DNA of 59,359 nucleotides from Chlamydiia bacterium (GTDB lineage Bacteria; Chlamydiota; Chlamydiia; Chlamydiales; FEN-1388): NCBI GenBank assembly GCA_903848235.1, contig CAINFV010000165.1, positions 1 to 59,359 of the forward strand, read 5' to 3'. Shown piece by piece: positions 54,502 to 59,359 of this stretch (position 1 is its first letter; each line of letters starts with the position of its first letter). The notes under the pieces were generated by a model. It saw only the letters and a program-made list of their open reading frames with translations, ran no database searches and was not told where the DNA came from. The position numbers and the translations under genes were made by a program.

Positions 54502-55284
54502 ATGCTTCGTGAAGCTCTCAAAGCCATGCTTGACGTTCAAGAGTTAGACATACAGATGATTCGACTTATGCGGCTAAAGCGTGAACGGTTATCTGAACTC
54601 ACCAGAATTCGAGCTCTTCGCGACGACCTTCACCATCAGGTTGTGTTAAAGGAAAGTGAGATCATCGAGCTGAAAAAACAAGTTCGTCTGACCGAAGGTG
54701 AGGTTACAGAATTTGCCTCTAAGGTGCAGAAGCTTGAATCCCAGCAAAGTAGTGTTCGAAAGGTCGAAGAGTTTAATGCGTTGACACATGAGATTTCCGC
54801 TTTAGAGCGCGAGAAGGCTGCAAAAGAGCAGCGCTTGAGCGACAACTATGACAAACTCGGGACGGAAGAAGAATTTCTCAAGAATCTCAAGGCTTCGTTC
54901 GATGTCACGAAAGCGAACAGCGATCAAATGGAAGTAGAGATTAAGGCAAGTATTGATGCGATCAATGTCGAAGGCAAAGAGATCATGGGAAATCGTTCCG
55001 TTCTTGCTGAGAAGACTGATAAGGACATCATGGCTGTCTATGAAAAGCTTCTTGGGAATAAGAAAGATCGTGTCATTGTTCCTATTGAAAGTCGGTGCTG
55101 CAGCGGATGCCATATCATGGTGACTGCCCAGCACGAGAACGTTGTCAGAAAAGGCGAGCGCTTAGTGTTCTGTGAACACTGTTCTCGCATACACTATTGG
55201 CATGAGCACCTTGTCGAAGAAGAACAAGCTGCGGCTGGTGGGCCTGTAAGACGTCGACGACGGACAACGGCAAAAGCTTCATAA
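54502..55284 (+). CDS. Coiled-coil plus C4 zinc-ribbon protein (COG1579/DUF164 family)
   Basis: 'LLDVQELDIQMIRL' N-terminus, a long coiled coil, and a C-terminal 'CSGCHIMV....V.....LVFCEHCSRI' zinc ribbon. As far as I recall, this family includes H. pylori HP0958 and C. trachomatis CT398. Confidence 0.75.
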   Translation: MLREALKAMLDVQELDIQMIRLMRLKRERLSELTRIRALRDDLHHQVVLKESEIIELKKQVRLTEGEVTEFASKVQKLESQQSSVRKVEEFNALTHEISALEREKAAKEQRLSDNYDKLGTEEEFLKNLKASFDVTKANSDQMEVEIKASIDAINVEGKEIMGNRSVLAEKTDKDIMAVYEKLLGNKKDRVIVPIESRCCSGCHIMVTAQHENVVRKGERLVFCEHCSRIHYWHEHLVEEEQAAAGGPVRRRRRTTAKAS

Positions 55285-55293
55285 TATCTTTTG

Positions 55294-55676
55294 GCGGGAG
55301 AGCGGGGAGTCGCTGGATAGTACGTTTTTCGTTCTATCGAGAGGAAAGTCTGGACATCCAAGGAACAGATACCAGCGAAAGGCTGGGGGCCGAAAGGCTA
55401 CGGAAAGTGTAACAGAAAGCATGCCGCAGATGCCGTTATGCGGTATCTGACAGGCTGAAACGCTAGCCTTTGGGGCTAGCTGCTTCACGGAGACGTGAGG
55501 TACGATAAACCCTATCTGATGCAAGTATAAGCGCTGTCGATTATGCGAGTTCCTCGCATCGCAGTTGGGCGCTTTAGCGCGCTTGAGAGCTTTGGTGACA
55601 AAGCTCCTAGATGAATGACTTCCGGTTGGGAGATTGCCTTCTCAACGCACAGGATCCGGCTTATAGCTCTCCCAAT
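55294..55676 (+). ncRNA. rnpB: RNase P RNA (bacterial type A)
   Basis: P1 pairing GGGAGAGC (55296..55303) with GCTCTCCC (55666..55673). Conserved blocks 'GAGGAAAGTCTGGAC', 'ACAGAAAGCATGCC', 'CCTAGATGAATGACT' and 'ACAGGATCCGGCTTATAG' are in the canonical order. Confidence 0.85.
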
Positions 55677-55859
55677 TTTACTCCTCTTTTTTTAATCCTT
55701 GTTTTTTATGATCCACGCCGATTTTTACGAGCACGTGCGTGCATGAGCTAAAGGTCGTGAAGCGACGATCCCAAAGGGAGGTTTTGAAAACAAAGCCCTG
55801 CAAAATGACGCAGTACAGTATACTGGGTAGTTCTTCCGTAACAAGATGGGCAGGGAATT

Positions 55860-56438
55860 ATGCGTGGCGTTTTTTTGGACACTGAGACTTCTGGGTTAGA
55901 TCCATTTGTTCACGTACCTCTAGAACTTGCATTTGTCATTGTTGACCTCCTCTCAGGTCAAGAGCTTGTTGCTTATGAAACTAAATTTCAGGTCACTGAC
56001 GAGGCGTGGTTATCGCAGGATCTGACAAGCGTTGCTATCAACGGGTTGACTCGCAAAGAGTTGGACAACGGCGTTACCAGATCGCAAGCTGCAAAGGAGA
56101 TCGAAACTCTCTTTTCTGGCTACCAAGTCACCAATGATCAAGCATTTTTTATTTGCCAAAACCCTTCTTTTGATCGCCCGTTTTTCTCCCAAATAATTCC
56201 TGCGTACCGTCAAGAGGCACTTCGCTGGCCATACCACTGGTTGGATTTGGCATCCATGTATTGGGCATTGAAGCTCGTACACCAGCAGAAGGAATCCCCC
56301 TTTGGCCTTCACGTCTCAAAAAATTCTATTGCACAGACCCTTGGGCTTGCTCCAGAACAGTCACCTCACAGAGCTATGAATGGAGCTAGGCATCTGTTGT
56401 CCTGTTACGAGCGTCTTATCGGATTTCCAGCTCACTGA
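55860..56438 (+). CDS. DEDD-family 3'-5' exonuclease (DnaQ/epsilon-like domain)
   Basis: ExoI 'FLDTETSGLDP', ExoII 'QNPSFDRPFF' and ExoIII 'HRAMNGA' motifs. Confidence 0.75.
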   Translation: MRGVFLDTETSGLDPFVHVPLELAFVIVDLLSGQELVAYETKFQVTDEAWLSQDLTSVAINGLTRKELDNGVTRSQAAKEIETLFSGYQVTNDQAFFICQNPSFDRPFFSQIIPAYRQEALRWPYHWLDLASMYWALKLVHQQKESPFGLHVSKNSIAQTLGLAPEQSPHRAMNGARHLLSCYERLIGFPAH

Positions 56439-56452
56439 AAGGAGGCCTGATT

Positions 56453-57247
56453 GTGTTTACTCAACTCATGGGTATTATTAATGTCACCCCCGATTCGTAT
56501 GTCCCCTCCTCTCGGCTGTGCACGCCAGAAGCCGCTGTCCAACGATCATTGGAACTTCTTGAAGAGGGCGCAGATAGCATTGACATTGGTGGGGAGTCGA
56601 CTCGTCCAGGAGCTGCTCCTGTTGACGAGGTAGAAGAGTCTCGCCGTGTGATCCCTGTCATTGACCAACTGTGTCGAAAAACGAATGCCGTCATATCAAT
56701 CGATACGTTCAAGCCATTGGTGGCGAGGAGGGCGATTGAAAAGGGGGCTACCATCATCAACGATATTTACGGATTTCGAGATGAGGAGATGGTCAAGGTT
56801 GTTTGTGCGAATCCTCATGTGAAGGTTATCGTAATGCATATGCAGGGGACTCCTCAGACCATGCAGCGCGCACCAGCATATCCATCAGGAGTTGTGTCTG
56901 AGGTCATCGCATGGCTCAGCACGCAAGCACGACATCTTGAAGAGAAGGGGATTGCAAAAGAGAGGATCTGCTTGGATCCTGGTATTGGTTTTGGGAAAAC
57001 AGTTAAACAGAACGTTGAGCTCTTACGCGCTGTTTCCCAATTTCAGCAGCTTGGATACCCTCTTCTCTATGGAGTTTCTCGAAAATCATTTCTCGGCGTG
57101 CTCACATCGCGCGATGTCAGTGACCGGCTTGCATCTACAGTTGGCGTGGCATCCTACCTTATGCTCAAAGGTGTGTCAGTCCTTCGCGTTCACGATGTAG
57201 GCTCTCATAATGATGTGCGCCGCGTGTTAGCGAAAATTGTTGAATAG
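56453..57247 (+). CDS. folP: Dihydropteroate synthase
   Basis: GTG start after AAGGAGG. 'MGIINVTPDSY', 'GADSIDIGGESTRPG', 'ISIDT', 'INDI', 'DPGIGFGK' and 'G.SRKSF' are DHPS signatures. Confidence 0.85.
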   Translation: MFTQLMGIINVTPDSYVPSSRLCTPEAAVQRSLELLEEGADSIDIGGESTRPGAAPVDEVEESRRVIPVIDQLCRKTNAVISIDTFKPLVARRAIEKGATIINDIYGFRDEEMVKVVCANPHVKVIVMHMQGTPQTMQRAPAYPSGVVSEVIAWLSTQARHLEEKGIAKERICLDPGIGFGKTVKQNVELLRAVSQFQQLGYPLLYGVSRKSFLGVLTSRDVSDRLASTVGVASYLMLKGVSVLRVHDVGSHNDVRRVLAKIVE

Positions 57248-57249
57248 TA

Positions 57250-57269
57250 GAGGCTTTTGCAAAAGCCTC
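57250..57269. repeat. Perfect 20-nt palindrome GAGGCTTTTGCAAAAGCCTC
   Basis: It lies directly after the folP stop. Its first 15 nt recur at 59267..59281, and a variant is at 1506..1525. Confidence 0.6.
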
Positions 57270-57302
57270 ACGAATCTGTTTTTGTTCGCGGGGGGAGGGA
57301 AA

Positions 57303-58010
57303 ATGGGCACAGACTGGGATTTAGGAAAATACCAAATAGAAGCAGCGGCACAAGCCTTAGAATCGGTCTGGGAGGCCATTCAACGGTATGGGCATGATTC
57401 CACTGGGACGCTGCGTCTTCGAGATATCAATCACTTTCTTCGACAAGTGAAAGGTCCTTACAATGGAGCAGGACATCTTCTTCTTATCCTTAAAAGCGAA
57501 AAGACGGCCAAGGGGCAGATTGCCAAGATCGCCGAGCTGTGTAAACGAGTGGGGGCTGTGGAGAATTTTGCCAACGAGCATAAGGTCGCTCTTGGTGGTA
57601 TAACTCGGTTCCTCGAAGATATAAAGGTTTGTTCGCAACTGCCCCGCGAAGTACAAGCATTGGCACAAGAGGCATCAGAGGTGGCAGGACGGCTCATGCC
57701 TGGCACACATATCGTCAGTTCTTCAGATTCACCAAAACTCATCTCGGCACGATATCATCATATGATTCGACTTATGTGGGAAAATCTCTCGACGGTTTCC
57801 TCACGCGAACGCGCTTCGATCGAACACGTTCTTTCCAGAGGTGAGCGTCGGCTTAAAGAATCGAAAACGGTTGAAGCTGCTGCTTCTACCTACAAAGACA
57901 TGGTCTATGGAATCATGGACTCCATGAAAGCTGTCCCCCATCTGTCACAACAGGGGAAGGCTTTTAAACAGTGGCTAGAAACGAAGATTGCTACCGATCT
58001 TCTTTTTTGA
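57303..58010 (+). CDS. Hypothetical protein (235 aa)
   Basis: The ATG at 57303 follows GGGGGAGGGA. The protein is helical with no recognised motif. Confidence 0.5.
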   Translation: MGTDWDLGKYQIEAAAQALESVWEAIQRYGHDSTGTLRLRDINHFLRQVKGPYNGAGHLLLILKSEKTAKGQIAKIAELCKRVGAVENFANEHKVALGGITRFLEDIKVCSQLPREVQALAQEASEVAGRLMPGTHIVSSSDSPKLISARYHHMIRLMWENLSTVSSRERASIEHVLSRGERRLKESKTVEAAASTYKDMVYGIMDSMKAVPHLSQQGKAFKQWLETKIATDLLF

Positions 58011-58014
58011 GAAT

Positions 58015-58041
58015 CCGATTCTTGAACAAGACGAGATATAA
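58015..58041 (+). repeat. 27-nt dispersed repeat, copy B (CCGATTCTTGAACAAGACGAGATATAA)
   Basis: 25 of 27 positions are identical to 17957..17983. It lies 5 nt after the stop at 58010 and 66 nt before the ATG at 58107. Confidence 0.7.
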
Positions 58042-58106
58042 ATATCGCAGCCGCTAGTTTTGCAAGAGCCTTAGTTTCTTTTACGATATTCCTCAGGAGG
58101 GGATGT

Positions 58107-59225
58107 ATGTCTTTGGTACGTTTTGTTTCAGCTGATTTTTTGCCAAAAATTCGAGATGCTGTTGATGAACTTCGAGAGTACGGCGTAGACACTGACTCGA
58201 TGCATCGACGTGTCGTACGGGTCGGTCAGGCAATATTTCATACGCAATTCGAGGCGGTCATCGCTGTGAAGGCGTTAGCGAAGGATCTAGCACAAATAGC
58301 GCTGGGCAGTGAAGTTGATATTCTTGATAGCCGCATTCCTGCTATTGTGAAAGAGTGCCTTCAGCATATGTGTCCAGAGAATATGGTTGATGATTCATTT
58401 ATCTTCTCTTATTCAGCTTCTGCTATTCCACCACCTCGCCGCTCTCCAACGCCCGAATCAGGTGCGCCGTCAGCGCATGCGTCAGCATCTGGCACTGGTT
58501 TTGGAGCTTCCTCAGGCGTTCTTAGAGACCGAGTTTCTCCGTTTACGCTAGATGAGGTCAGAAGGCCCGCTCCTTTAGGATTTATGAGCCACCGTATTTT
58601 GGAATCTTGTGCTGCCAGCGAATTGCCAGTGCTTGGTGATGATGCTCAGAATCTTTCTCTTACGATTGACTGGTTTAGACGAACGCTTGAACACATGAAC
58701 ACTGTCCAAGGGTCCCACAACCGGGAAGGACAGAGTGCACTGCAAAGACGCATGGTTGATACGATCAATTATTATGGACAACTGTGCCTGAAGGATCTGT
58801 GTCAGCTTCAAGGGGATAAAAAGGGATCAAGCTCCGTAGAAGAGCTTCGAAGGGCGGCCGAAGCTCCTAAACCCGAGGCCAGCAGAGCTCCTGCTGACGA
58901 TTGCTCTCTTGATGAAATACCTCCGCCAGCAGCTGCTGTTGCTACACTCCCAATTTTTGACTCGATGGCCGGCGGGGCTCGATTAGAAGAGCGGAGGACC
59001 CAAGAGGGAGGGGGAAGAGAAGGAGCTCTGCTCCCGCATCTTTCTTTCGATGATCTAGATGCTGCTGCTAGTGCGCCGGGAGCCATATCTGCAGCATCTG
59101 TTACACCCCCATTTGGCAGTTTTCGAATAGAGGGGAGCGGGGTACATGAGATAGAGGAAGAGGCTAGTGTTCCGGTTTACCTTTATTGCCATGGGATTCC
59201 GGAGGAGGACGATCAAACAACATAA
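58107..59225 (+). CDS. Hypothetical protein (372 aa) with Pro/Ala/Ser-rich segments
   Basis: The ATG follows AGGAGG. Low-complexity stretches ('PPPRRSPTPESGAPSAHASASG', 'PPPAAAVATLP', 'AAASAPGAISAAS') separate short folded-looking parts. The C-terminus is acidic. Confidence 0.55.
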   Translation: MSLVRFVSADFLPKIRDAVDELREYGVDTDSMHRRVVRVGQAIFHTQFEAVIAVKALAKDLAQIALGSEVDILDSRIPAIVKECLQHMCPENMVDDSFIFSYSASAIPPPRRSPTPESGAPSAHASASGTGFGASSGVLRDRVSPFTLDEVRRPAPLGFMSHRILESCAASELPVLGDDAQNLSLTIDWFRRTLEHMNTVQGSHNREGQSALQRRMVDTINYYGQLCLKDLCQLQGDKKGSSSVEELRRAAEAPKPEASRAPADDCSLDEIPPPAAAVATLPIFDSMAGGARLEERRTQEGGGREGALLPHLSFDDLDAAASAPGAISAASVTPPFGSFRIEGSGVHEIEEEASVPVYLYCHGIPEEDDQTT

Positions 59226-59359
59226 TTTCCGTTAGTTGAAACTAGCGATAGGGAGCTTGAACTGGAGAGGCTTTTGCAAAACTGGCGACCGCGCTCTGCT
59301 CGTGGCGGCTCGTGCATAGCGTCGATCTCTCCTCACCTATAGTTACCACTATGGGTTTC

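Noticed and set aside
55279-55524. 81-aa minus-strand ORF.
   Set aside because: It lies inside the RNase P RNA gene.
1-59359. Scan for CRISPR arrays, tRNA, rRNA, tmRNA and riboswitches (preQ1 before queF, glycine before gcvH/glyA).
   Set aside because: There are no regularly spaced direct repeats. There are no T-loop (GGTTCGAATCC-like) signatures in intergenic DNA. queF and gcvH start within 1-4 nt of the preceding gene, which leaves no room for a leader.

Overview
This 59.4-kb window reads like a chromosomal segment of a chlamydia-like bacterium (Chlamydiota). That assignment is an inference from gene content and gene order. Supporting points are rnc-radA-hemC next to sodA, a long (497-aa) glyA followed by clpP, a parE/parC pair, one CesT-type and one LcrH/SycD-type type III secretion (T3S) chaperone, and one Inc-like membrane protein.

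Recognisable housekeeping genes are: tyrP-like permease, M24 peptidase, HIT, MYG1, proS, parE, parC, recX-like, rluD-family, dtd, KH protein, sodA, hemC-hemD fusion, radA, rnc, lipoate ligase, queF, SulP, PpiD-like, gcvH, glyA, clpP, xerC/D, PfkB kinase, CBM20 protein, COG1579 zinc-ribbon protein, DEDD exonuclease and folP. One ncRNA (RNase P RNA, about 55294..55676) is present.

These genes are interrupted by blocks of large orphan ORFs:
- 6.1-16.2 kb: four genes, including a eukaryotic-like kinase and a 1314-aa coiled-coil protein.
- 23.2-27.1 kb: a small ORF, a TPR class-II T3S chaperone, a decayed GxxExxY-family gene fragment, and an 801-aa protein carrying a SopB/IpgD/INPP4-like C-x-S-x-K-D-R motif.
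- 37.5-43.2 kb: an orphan ORF, a frameshift-split kinase gene with an internally duplicated N-terminal domain and a poly-C(10) tract, an IS66-family transposase N-terminal remnant, and a second paralogous kinase.
- 57.3-59.2 kb: two orphan ORFs.

I saw no CRISPR array, tRNA or rRNA. No complete, recognisable novel system can be proven from sequence alone. The best leads are the chaperone plus putative phosphoinositide-phosphatase effector module and the decaying kinase/IS66 locus. All functional calls come from motif recognition by eye, and no database search was run.
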